A DNA stretch of 64,000 nt from Nemertoderma westbladi. Lineage: Eukaryota > Animalia > Xenacoelomorpha. A program made the position numbers and the translations under genes. Shown here piece after piece: positions 35,916-47,845 of the stretch. The DNA lies in contig JAUCBJ010000054.1 in NCBI GenBank assembly GCA_032718475.1, positions 1-64,000 on the forward strand. Reading direction: 5' to 3'. Position 1 is the stretch's first letter, and each line of letters begins with the position of its first letter. The notes below the pieces were generated by a model, which saw nothing but the letters and a program-made list of their open reading frames with translations, had not been told where the DNA came from and made no database searches.

Positions 35916-36381
35916 CACTACCCACTACCCGTATAGTGTCATTTTCTGATGAAGATGATTTTCAAGAAGTATTGTTCACTGAAGGCCATTTATTATATTT
36001 AATAAATACGCGATGTTCTGGAACATTTCGTTTATGTATAAATAGAAAGGAGCAGGTTAAAGTGGCACGTTATTTTAACCAAAACAATAAACTAAACACA
36101 ATAGAACAGGTTACAGTTTTATTTTTGAGAGTAAGCAGCTGTTATTTGCGTCCAATTTCCCCTGGAGAGGGATGCATTTTTATTGCGTCCAGTCCCCCCC
36201 CCCCCCCTCCCCCCCTATCTGGAATAGCTACGCCGTAGATATATTATAGGCATACCGTTGTTGCCCAGGTCCGGTCCGGTCCGGTCCGGGTCATCAGAAC
36301 ATGACACTGTATTACGGGTCATGGTGTAACGTACCGGTAGCTCGTATGAACTACATCGTTATTACACTGTTATTGGTATTT

Positions 36382-37028
36382 GGCATTACGTTGTATAAAC
36401 AAAAATGAAAATTTTAATATGACATTTTCTGGACTCATCTTTTGTTTTTTGGCTTATTCATTGTTCCGGAACATGTTAGCTATTCATTTTTTAAAAGAAT
36501 TATGTTCTAGAACAAATATTTTTTTGTTCTAGAACATTTTTAAAAAAAATCGGGATTTTATTTAAAACGCATGGAATCGTTCTAAAACGTGTTTAAAATC
36601 AATAAAAAAATTTTGGAAAATTTTTTTTATTGATTGTAATTTTTAACGTTTTGCACGTTTTAAAACGATTCCATGCGTTTTAAATAGAAACAATATTTTT
36701 TCTAAAAAACGTTCTAGAACAAGAAATATTTGTTCTAGAACATATTTTTTTATAAATGAATAGCTAACATGTTCTGGAACACTTTCTATACAAATAGTAA
36801 TAAGAACTAGGTACTACAAAATATTTATGGAGGGAAGTAGGATGTCGGAACCAGTGTTGAAATTACTATGCTAAACCTACCTAAAACACTAGCTACCATA
36901 AAAAAACATATCTACTAATGTTCTAGAACACGTATCAATAATAAAAATCATAATATGAGTTCAGAAAATATAAAGAAAATGTCATATTAAAATGTTCGAT
37001 TTTTGTTTATACATACAATAGTAATGCC
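36382..37028. mobile_element. Merlin-like MITE with 9-bp TSD (1 mismatch)
   Basis: Termini ggcattac / gtaatgcc with long imperfect arms; flanks ttggtattt and ctggtattt; gttctagaac motifs. Confidence 0.7.
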
Positions 37029-37488
37029 CTGGTATTTATATAACTAAAAGAAAATAAAACATTGGCATTCAATGGGTTAATTCTTAATTCGCAGCCTAAT
37101 TTATCCAATATATATTTTTCGAATTTAATTTCCAATTTTAATGTCGTATTTAATTAATGTCGCAAGTGTCCTTGACGGAGTGAGACGGCGCCTTCAATTC
37201 GCCCTGATCAGGTCTAGTCCCCTGTGCCTCCGCGGTGGACGGCGACCTTGGAGGGGCCTAGGTTTCGGCGACGGAGCCGGGTTGCGGGGCAACGATGTCG
37301 CCACGCAATATGGCTGAACTCATTGCCATAGTTTCTTTAGTTAATTTAATCTGAAACTATTTAATTATTGTTATAATTATTACTCTCTATAATAATTATT
37401 AATTAATGTATTAATATATAATATTATATTTAGATATCCATTTTCAAATTAAATAAATTGTAAACTATAATTATTGTCTGTTCGAGAA

Positions 37489-37907
37489 CGGAATATACGG
37501 ATATACACCATGACCCGTACACCACGTCCTGGAATATACGGATATACACCATGACCCGTACACCACGTCCTGGAATATACGGATATACACCATGACCCGT
37601 ACACCACGTCCTGGAATATACGGATATACACCATGACCCGTACACCACGTCCTGGAATATACGGATATACACCATGACACGTACACCACGTCCTGGAATA
37701 TACGGATATACACCATGACCCGTACACCACGTCCTGGAATATACGGATATACACCATGACCCGTACACCACGTCCTGGAATATACGGATATACACCATGA
37801 CCCGTACACCACGTCCTGGAATATACGGATATACACCATGACCCGTACACCACGTCCTGGAATATACGGATATACACCATGACCCGTACACCACGTCCTG
37901 GAATATA
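37489..37907. repeat. 41-bp minisatellite, ~10 copies
   Basis: Unit ggaatatacggatatacaccatgacccgtacaccacgtcct. Confidence 0.95.
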
Positions 37908-40533
37908 GTGTCGTTATTGAGGTACCTGGACTCCCCCCCCCCCCCCCCCCCCCCAATTTTTCTACAAATCTTAATGAGATTGCATGAAATTTGAAACATA
38001 GATAGTTTCACCTCCCCCCCTCCTTGCTGGGTGAGCCAGAATTTTTATTTTTGCTTTCATTCTTTAGCTACAAACGTTTAAAAAAGGTGTCTCCGTCGGT
38101 ATTGCGCCAGTTACACCGCAGTTATTCTTCAACCTTATAGCGATTTGTTGATATTGATGGATAGATGACCATGCAAGGATTCCAATATGAATCACAATCT
38201 GAATTTCGTCGTAAAGCAGCTGAGATATGAGCGTTCAACATGATTTAGCATCTGCGCGACGCTATTTTATTTTATTCGGCAACTTTCCGAAGATGAACTC
38301 CAAAGAATTATCTAATAGTTCTCTGGTTAATAGTTCTCTCTAAATGTTCTCTGCAATACAATTTGGTATATTTCATTTGTGCGTAAAAATATGCAATTTT
38401 ACTTTGAAGATAATATATTGATTGATTTGTTTATTTGCATCTTTCGTTTACATATCAAACTGCAACCAACCATGATGGTGAACAAAACCCTCACCGATTG
38501 GTTAGTGCCGCATAATATTTTAAATCGGTGCACATGTAGGTGACGCAATAGCAATGCCAGTTTAGAGTTACCTACATGGTCATAGAGAAAGATGGTTGAG
38601 GTTGGTTGGGGCTTCTGGGGGGGGGGGGGGGGGGGGGGGGGGGCCCAGGCTGGCCAAAGCTGTCCATATTATCGATAATCCAAATTTTGTTAAGGTTATA
38701 ATTGACTTAACTTTATCAATAATCTAATGTAAATAAAGGAATAATTTTAAATGTAAAAGAAACAAACAATGAAAGAAAAGGTGACACAAAAACAGAATAA
38801 TTAATTATTTTTCGTTTTGCAAATAATTCTTTAAAGATTTTGAGAAAAGAAACTTTGAACCCAGACTACGCAAATGGTTTGGAAGAGAGTTCCATATTTT
38901 TGGACCCTGAAAAGGAATAGATCGTCGTCCTACTTCTAAACGAAATTGAGGTAAATAGAAACAACCCTGGGAAGAAGCATGAGTGTTGTGGGTGTGGATG
39001 GTGGCTGTTTTCCGGAAAAGATAAGCAAGAAGGTTAATTATTATTATTATTATTATTAGCGCTCTTTAATGGTAAAAAATACAACAATTTATACAAAAAA
39101 ATAAAACACGTTAGAGGGAGACCACCACTAGGCACCAGGCACTTACAGTGTAGGTTTAAAGTTCACTATGCATCACATCACAAGTTCACGATACAATGAA
39201 AACACATGTAAAAACAGCAATAACAATTATGAAGAAAAACGGATTATAAAAATTTTCAGAAATAAAATCATTTCAGCTACACTCACGGACGGTAAGAAAT
39301 TGGGTATAAGTAAAACTACAATTTGGACCATGGATGATATGAACAATAATGAAATTATATCAGATAAAGTAATAATATCAGATATCAAAATTACAGAAAG
39401 GCAGAAAATCGAAATCAAGTAGCAAATGAGAAAATATTGAAAGTGATTTTGCACCAACAGTTTCAGACTAGTAGTGATAGACTAGTAGGTGATGAGAAGT
39501 GATGAGAATATAGTGTCGGCTTGACCGACTTCATTATGTTAATAATAAATATCACTCTACTCTACAACCCAGACAGTAAGCAAACATTAACTGGTTTAGC
39601 TGGCTATTACAGTCTCAGCTGAATAACTCTTCCCAATGCATCCTTGCTATGTTAATTAATTAGCGTGCAAGCTAAATGACTGTTAGTTATACAGTGTGTT
39701 GGCTACTATTGATTGTACTGTGCTCTCTAGCTCTCATCTAATTATTGTTTTATTTTAAAATCCGTGTGCCAACATTAATACTGTGGAGGCTGTATGCTTA
39801 TAAGGCTGAATGTTTACTCAGCCTCATAATGATTCTCCATAAGGCTAACATCATAGTTTGAAATATAAAAATCTGTTATAATAATAATATAATTGTTGTA
39901 TTTAATTAATATCGTGGTTTACATTGAACAGTGTAAATTGTCAATCGAGGTTTACATTGAAACATCTCAACTTGTTTTATTTATTACAAAAATAAGAACG
40001 AATTTATCTTATCACTTCTTGTGCGCGATTGTATTGAATTCATGGCAACTGCTGTTATTATTATCAATTGACACCTCGACTCCTCTCTGAGATTCCGGCT
40101 ACTCTATCCGATAGAACAAAATAATCATTTCGCTAACTGCTCTCTATCTTCTATAATCACAACAGCTTTTATAATTCATTAGATGATTACCACATAATAA
40201 TTATTATAGTTTGAAGTTGTCTAGAAAATTTTTCGTACACCACTGGGACTACCCTCACACTTATTTATTATCAGACAGAACAAAAAGCTTTTACTTGACA
40301 TGTACTGTCTCCTACGACTTGCTTCACGGGCCGCTAGGTCCGTCTCTAGTAAACTATTGTAGTTTTTTAGGAAAAAAAAATAATAAATTACTCCTAAAAT
40401 CAACAGAAAACGAGCAATCGAGAACACTTTCAAAAAAAGTTCAAAACTAGCTAGTACAGTATAAAACATTCGGGAGGTTTGCGCCCCAAACATAATCGAG
40501 TTTCGACTGAATTCTCGCTCGTCGGCCAACAGA

Positions 40534-43500
40534 TTTATTAGCTTATCTTTAGTTTAATTGTCTTCTTTATGGGGTCGATCTGCTCTCCTTCGCTCTCTGT
40601 CGCGTACCATATTGGGTGACCTACTTTATTAGTTCATCTTTAGTTTCATTTTCGTCTTTATGGGGTCGATCTGCTCTCCTTCGCTCTCTGTCGTGTACCA
40701 TATTGGGTGATCTACTTTATTAGTTCATCTTTAGTTTAATTGTCTTCTTTATGGGGTCGATCTGCTCTCTTTCGCTCTCTGTCGCGTACCATATTGGGTG
40801 ATCTACTTTATTAGTTCATCTTTAGTTTCATTTTCGTCTTTATGGGGTCGATCTGCTCTCCTCCGCTCTCTGTCGCATACCATATTGGGTGATCTACTTT
40901 ATTAGTTCATCTTTAGTTTAATTGTCTTCCTTATGGGGTCGATCTGCTCTCCTTCGCTCTCTGTCGTGTACCATATTGGGTGATCTACTTTATTAGTTCA
41001 TCTTTAGTTTCATTTTCGTCTTTATGGGGTCGATCTGCTCTCCTCCGCTCTCTGTCGCGTACCATATTGGGTGATCTACTTTATTAGTTTATCTTTAGTT
41101 TAATTGTCTTCTTTATGGGGTCGATCTGCTCTCCTTCGCTCTCTGCCGCGTACCATATCGGGTGATCTAATTTATTAGTTCATCTTTAGTTTCATTTTCG
41201 TCTTTATGGGGTCGATCTTCTCTCCTTCGCTCTCTGTCGCATACCATATTGGGTGATCTACTTTATTAGTTCATCTTTAGTTTAATTGTCTTCTTTATGG
41301 GGTCGATCTGCTCTCCTTCGCTCTCTGTCGCGTACCATATTGGGTGATCTACTTTATTAGTTCACCTTTAGTTTAATTGTCTTCTTTATGGGGTCGATCC
41401 GCTCTCCTTCGCTCTCTGTCGCGTACCATATTGGGTGATCTACTTTATTAGTTCATCTTTAGTTTCATTTTCGTCTTTATGGGGTCGATCTGCTCTCCTC
41501 CGCTCTCTGTCGCGTACCATATTGGGTGATCTACTTTATTAGTTCATCTTTAGTTTCATTTTCGTCTTTATGGGGTCGATCTGCTCTCCTCCGCTCTCTG
41601 TCGCGTACCATATTGGGTGATCTACTTTATTAGTTTATCTTTAGTTTAATTTTCGTCTTTATGGGGTCGATCTGCTCTCCTTCGCTCTCTGTCGCGTACC
41701 ATATTGGGTGATCTACTTTATTAGTTCATCTTTAGTTTCATTTTCGTCTTTATGGGGTCGATCTGCTCTCCTTCGCTCTCTGTCGCGTACCATATTGGGT
41801 GATCTACTTTATTAGTTCATCTTTAGTTTCATTTTCGTCTTTATGGGGTCGATCTGCTCTCCTTCGCTCTCTGCCGCGTACCATATCGGGTGATCTAATT
41901 TATTAGTTCATCTTTAGTTTCATTTTCGTCTTTATGGGGTCGATCTGCTCTCCTTCGCTCTCTGCCGCGTACCATATCGGGTGATCTAATTTATTAGTTC
42001 ATCTTTAGTTTCATTTTCGTCTTTATGGGGTCGATCTGCTCTCCTTCGCTCTCTGCCGCGTACCATATCGGGTGATCTAATTTATTAGTTCATCTTTAGT
42101 TTCATTTTCGTCTTTATGGGGTCAATCTGCTCTCCTTCGCTCTCTGTCGCGTACCATATTGGGTGATCTACTTTATTAGTTCATCTTTAGTTTCATTTTC
42201 GTCTTTATGGGGTCGATCTGCTCTCCTCCGCTCTCTGTCGCGTACCATATTGGGTGATCTACTTTATTAGTTTATCTTTAGTTTAATTGTCTTTTTTATG
42301 GGGTCGATCTGCTCTCCTTCGCTCTCTGCCGCGTACCATATCGGGTGATCTAATTTATTAGTTCATCTTTAGTTTCATTTTCGTCTTTATGGGGTCGATC
42401 TGCTCTCCTTCGCTCTCTGTCGCGTACCATATTGGGTGATCTACTTTATTAGTTCATCTTTAGTTTCATTTTCGTCTTTATGGGGTCGATCTGCTCTCCT
42501 CCGCTCTCTGTCGCGTACCATATTGGGTGATCTACTTTATTAGTTCATCTTTAGTTTCATTTTCGTCTTTATGGGGTCGATCTGCTCTCCTCCGCTCTCT
42601 GTCGCGTACCATATTGGGTGATCTACTTTATTAGTTTATCTTTAGTTTAATTGTCTTCTTTATGGGGTCGATCTGCTCTCCTTCGCTCTCTGCCGCGTAC
42701 CATATCGGGTGATCTAATTTATTAGTTCATCTTTAGTTTCATTTTCGTCTTTATGGGGTCGATCTGCTCTCCTTCGCTCTCTGTCGCATACCATATTGGG
42801 TGATCTACTTTATTAGTTCATCTTTAGTTTAATTGTCTTCTTTATGGGGTCGATCTGCTCTCCTTCGCTCTCTGTCGCGTACCATATTGGGTGATCTACT
42901 TTATTAGTTCACCTTTAGTTTAATTGTCTTCTTTATGGGGTCGATCCGCTCTCCTTCGCTCTCTGTCGCGTACCATATTGGGTGATCTACTTGATTAGTT
43001 CATCTTTAGTTTAATTGTCTTCTTTATGGGGTCGATCTGCTCTCCTCCGCTCTCTGTCGCGTACCATATTGGGTGATCTACTTTATTAGTTCATCTTTAG
43101 TTTCATTTTCGTCTTTATGGGGTCGATCTGCTCTCCTTCGCTCTCTGTCGCGTACCATATCGGGTGATCTAATTTATTAGTTCATCTTTAGTTTAATTGT
43201 CTTCTTTATGGGGTTGATCTGCTCTCCTTCACTCTCTGTCGCGTACCATATTGGGTGATCTACTTTATTAGTTCATCTTTAGTTTAATTGTTTTCTTTAT
43301 GGGGTCGATCTGCTTTCCTTCGCTCTCTGTCGCGTACCATATTGGGTGATCTACTTTATTAGTTCATCTTTAGTATAATTGTCTTCTTTATGGGGTCGAT
43401 CTGCTCTCCTTCGCTCTCTGTCGCGTACCATATTGGGTGATCTACTTTATTAGTTCATCTTTAGTTTCATTTTTGTCTTTATGGGGTCGATCTGCTCTCC

Positions 43501-44361
43501 TTCGCTCTCTGTCGCGTACCATATTGGGTGATCTACTTTATTAATTCATCTTTAGTTTAATTGTCTTCTTTATGGGGTCGATCTGCTCTCCTTCGATCTT
43601 TGTCGCGTACCATATTGGGTGATCTACTTTATTAGTTCATCTTTAGTTTCATTTTCGTCTTTATGGGATTGATCTGCTCTCCTTCGCTCTCTGTCGCGTA
43701 CCATATTGGGTGATCTACTTTATTAGTTCACCTTTAGTTTAATTGTCTTCTTTATGGGGTCGATCTGCTCTCCTTCGCTCTCTGTCGCGTACCATATTGG
43801 GTGATCTACTTTATTAGTTCATCTTTAGTTTCATTTTCGTCTTTATGGGGTTGATCTGCTCTCCTTCGCTCTCTGTCGCGTACCATATTGGGTGATCTAC
43901 TTTATTAGTTCATCTTTAGTTTCATTTTCGTCTTTATGGGGTCGATCTGCTCTCCTCCGCTCTCTGTCGTGTACCGTATTGGGTGATCTACTTTATTAGT
44001 TTATCTTTAGTTTAATTGTCTTCTTTATGGGGCCGATCTGCTCTCCTTCGCTCTCTGTCGCGTACTATATTGGGTTATCTACTTTATTAGTTCATCTTTA
44101 GTTTCATTTTCGTCTTTATGGGGTCGATCTGCTCTCCTCCGCTCTCTGTCGCGTACCATATTGGGTGATCTACTATATTAGTTCATCTTTAGTTTCATTT
44201 TCGTCTTTATGGGGTCGATCTGCTCTCCTCCGCTCTCTGTCGCGTACCATATTGGCTGATCTACTTTATTAGTTCATCTTTAGTTTCATTTTCGTCTTTA
44301 TGGGGTCGATCTGCTCTCCTCCGCTCTCTGCCGTGTACCATTTGGGTGATCTACTTTATTA
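40534..44361. repeat. 91-bp satellite, ~42 copies, two interspersed variants, derived from the 3' end of the adjacent fibrinogen-like gene
   Basis: Unit ctactttattagttcatctttagttt(cattttcg/aattgtct)tctttatggggtcgatctgctctccttcgctctctgtcgcgtaccatattgggtgat. Confidence 0.95.
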
Positions 44362-45186
44362 ACTCTTTCACTATTACCATTGAGATTGGATTGAACATTG
44401 AGATTATTCCAACACCCACCTCCAATTACTTTGGCGAGGTTCATCTGCTCATGTTTGTCATTATCATTATCTCTAGTTGAGAACATCATCTTGTTGGTAG
44501 TAACTGATACTTTGTTACTTGATTTTATTTTTATCATAGCATTTCCAGCTGTTGAAGTTGTGTTGTAGCCGCTGATATGTAAAATGTAATTTGTTTCTTT
44601 TGATCCAATAGAGAATACATCATATATGGCGAAGGTCTGTTTGTTTCTGTACCACAAATCAACGCGTAGAGTGGATTTTCGACAAATGGTGAATCTTTTC
44701 TAGACCGACCCAGAAGCTCTTGGTAATATCGCCAAACCCGACTTCGTATTCCTTCCATTTTTGGTTGAAATTATATGTCATGTCTTCGTGTCTTTGGATA
44801 ACGACCCAAGAAACTCCATCTTCCATCTCGCAACGTGTTGTTAACTCGGGAAGTCCGAAACATTCGCTGGTAGGGTTGTCTTCCAAGGGAGCCGCGCACG
44901 GAAAAATAGCGCGACACTTCCTCATTAGCCGTTCTTCCTCATTCCATCTGGCTTTGTCCGTCAACCAAATACCGACACCGACTACAATCCCGACTGCCAC
45001 AACCACAACACTAATTACCAGTCCGTAAAATAATCGTTTATTTTTCAGTCTATCATTTTGAATTCTCCTTAATTGCGCTTTGCGCTTGAACTTCCTCAAC
45101 TTGTCTGGCTCCTCTTGCGCTGTATCGTATGATGGATCCTCCGCAGTTTCAAAGGATTCCTCTTCGGATGCGATAGAAGATGGCAT
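44269..45186 (-). pseudogene. Type II membrane fibrinogen-related (FReD) protein with two frameshifts (~44675 and ~44342)
   Basis: Acidic/basic cytosolic N-terminus, one TM, then CEMEDGVSWVVIQR, FNQKWKEYEVGFGD, FWVGLEKIH; the next frame reads LRVDLWY, YILHISGY, MMFSTRDNDND, SNLNG; the final frame reads PIWY...KTKMKLKMN*. Confidence 0.8.
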
Positions 45187-46444
45187 ATCGGAGAAACATT
45201 AATAAACTGATTGTAATTTTTATATAATTTTACAGGCGACTCTTACACTGTATACGGCGATATAAACTCTAGGTTAATTTGCATGTATTATTATCTTTAC
45301 GTTATTAGCTACTTTGTGTAATAAATTCCGGCTGAGTGGTCTATTACTTAGAAGGCGTTGCTGCTTTTATACAATCTAATGTTAAGTTAATGAATACACC
45401 GTTTTTTTGTTACTACACAACGGCAGTACTATAATATGTATAGTAAAATGTGTATAAACGAGGTTTTTTGGGAAGAGTTCCGTATTCTTCCCTATTATCT
45501 ATTTTTTTACTTGCTATTGCTATTATAAGCAATTTTTGTTATATTTTTGTTGCTTAAACATTAATCAATAACATAACTCCAAAAAATAAAAAAAAATAAA
45601 AAATATTTAAAATTTTTGACGTTGGCACAGTTCGACGTTAGCACAGTAGCTACCGGTAGTGTTTTTTTGGGTAGCTATTGTTTTTAAAATTACAAAACAA
45701 AATTGTTGGTACCCGTACCTAATTTTAGATCAATTTTTACCATGTTAATGGATATTATCATGATGTTTTTTGTTCTAGAACGTACATTTCACCTTCTGAG
45801 AGAGGTTAGCTATTATTTTTTATTATGGTAGCTAGTGTTTTTAAAGGTAGCTAGTGATCTTAAAATTACAAAAGAAAATTTGTAGTGCCCCTTTTATTTA
45901 GACAATTTCCATATCATCAATATATTCTTGAAATTACTAATAAAAACAGAAATACATCCAGAAATTTTTTGGATGCTCTGGTAAAGATCAAGAAAATACT
46001 GTAGTATTATTAAACATGATAAACTAGTCCTTTAAGCAGCGGTAGTGTTCTGACTGAGTATAATAAAAATGTATATAATTTACATTTCTGAATCGTAAAA
46101 ACTGTATTTTTTTAGACATCTGCCTATTTTGTATAAAAACCAGCTAGGGAATAATTACTAGGACTACAGTAGCTACTATACTTTGACTATCAAATAAAAA
46201 TTACCTACTACCATGCCATGACTCATTATTCCAGACAAATATATAATTGAGAATTAAATTATATCTTAAATTTTTTTACTAGCTAATAAATAGTACTAGC
46301 TGACACAAAACCAAAATTACTAGCTACCACCTTACTGACAGAAGGGCAAATATTTGTTCTAGAACAAAAAATCTCACGATAAAAGCGTTTCGCTAAATAT
46401 AGGAAGACATTACAGATAAAGTAAATATATTATTTCCATTAATA

Positions 46445-46890
46445 TTACCAAAATATCACGTGGGGAGGAATACGGAACTCTAGCCAAACACCGACACCGA
46501 CTACAATCCCGACCACCACAACCACAATACTAATTACCAGTCCGTAAAATAATCGTTTATTTTTCAGTCTATCATTTTGAATTCTCCTTAATTGCGCTTT
46601 GCGCTTGAATTTCCTCAACTTGTCTGGCTCCTCTTGCGCTGTATCGTATGATTGATCCTCCGCAGTTTCAAATGATTCATCTTCGGATGCGATAGAAGAT
46701 GGCATATCGGAGAAACGTTAATCAACTGATTGTAATTTTTATATAATTTTACAGGTAACTCTTATACTGTATACGGCGTTCTAAACTCTAGGTTAATTTG
46801 CATGTAATATTTATCTTTAGGCCTACGTTATTAGCTACTGTAGTGTAATAAATTCCGGCTATTACTTTGAAGGCGTTGCTGCTTTTATGA
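46445..46890 (-). pseudogene. Truncated duplicate of the FReD gene's 5' end (upstream DNA, cytosolic tail and TM only)
   Basis: ORF 46445-46705 is near-identical to the first ~75 aa of 44659-45186; ~180 bp of upstream sequence is also shared. Confidence 0.85.
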
Positions 46891-46950
46891 GACAGGGGGG
46901 GGGGGGGGGGGGGGGACTGGACGCAAACCCGCCTTGGCGAATTAATATCC

Positions 46951-47623
46951 GGTACTAGTGGGTTATAGGTACACACCCCCTCAATTTTTTTTACTAGCTA
47001 CTGTAGTTTTTGCAATTTCTTTTTATGAAATGTTCTAGAACATGAGATACATTTGAAAAAATAATAAAATGTTCTAGAACAAATATTTTTTGTTCTAGAA
47101 CAAATTAAAAAAAAGTTTACAAATTTTACTTTTTGTTAGTTATGTTTTATTTGATGTAAAGGAAATTGAATTTTCTAGAATATTCGAAATTCTACAGCTA
47201 TGGTTTGACTTTCGCCCAACAACTAGCTGAGTTTCGTTGGAAGCTTCTCCACAAATAAAACCTATTTTCTGCTCTGTTGGATTTGATCAGAAAATATTAC
47301 GCGCTGTCTGCAAAATAATAAATATTATTAAAAACGTTCTAGTTTAAAGTAACTAAACTTAAAGTTCTAGAACAAAAACTATTTGTTCTAGAACTTTTTT
47401 TTTCTAGTTCTGAATAGCTAACATGTTCTAGAACATTATTAAAAAATAAAAATAGAACATTAATTTTTTTTAAATAATTATAGAACAAAAAATAGTTTTT
47501 CTAGAACATATATATATTTTTTTTAATAGCTAACATGTTCTAGAACATGTTCATAAAAAGAAATAGCCAAAACTAGGTAGTAAAAAAAATTTGAGGGGGG
47601 TGTACCTATAACACACTAGTGCC
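46951..47623. mobile_element. Merlin-like MITE
   Basis: TIRs ggtactagtgggttataggtacacaccccctcaattttt / aaaaatttgaggggggtgtacctataacacactagtgcc; flanks taatatcc and taatatgt (imperfect TSD). Confidence 0.75.
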
Positions 47624-47845
47624 TAATATGTATAGTAAAATGTGTATATACGAGGTTTTTTGAAGTAGCTAGTTTTTGCTACGGTTCCGTATGCCACTAC
47701 AATTTTTAAACCTTAACCATTGCTACTATGGTAACAATAGTAGTTATAGAACACCATATAAATGTTATTCAACTATTCTAGAACATAAATAAAATAAAAA
47801 TATAATGTTCTAGAACATGTAGCTAGTTATTTTTAAAAAATACTA

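Noticed and set aside
37165-37330. GC-rich island superficially like an HDV-type ribozyme or ncRNA
   Set aside because: I could not build consistent P1/P2/P3 pairings by eye; a covariance-model search is needed.
37430-38011. Three repetitive minus-strand ORFs
   Set aside because: Translation artefacts of the 41-bp repeat.
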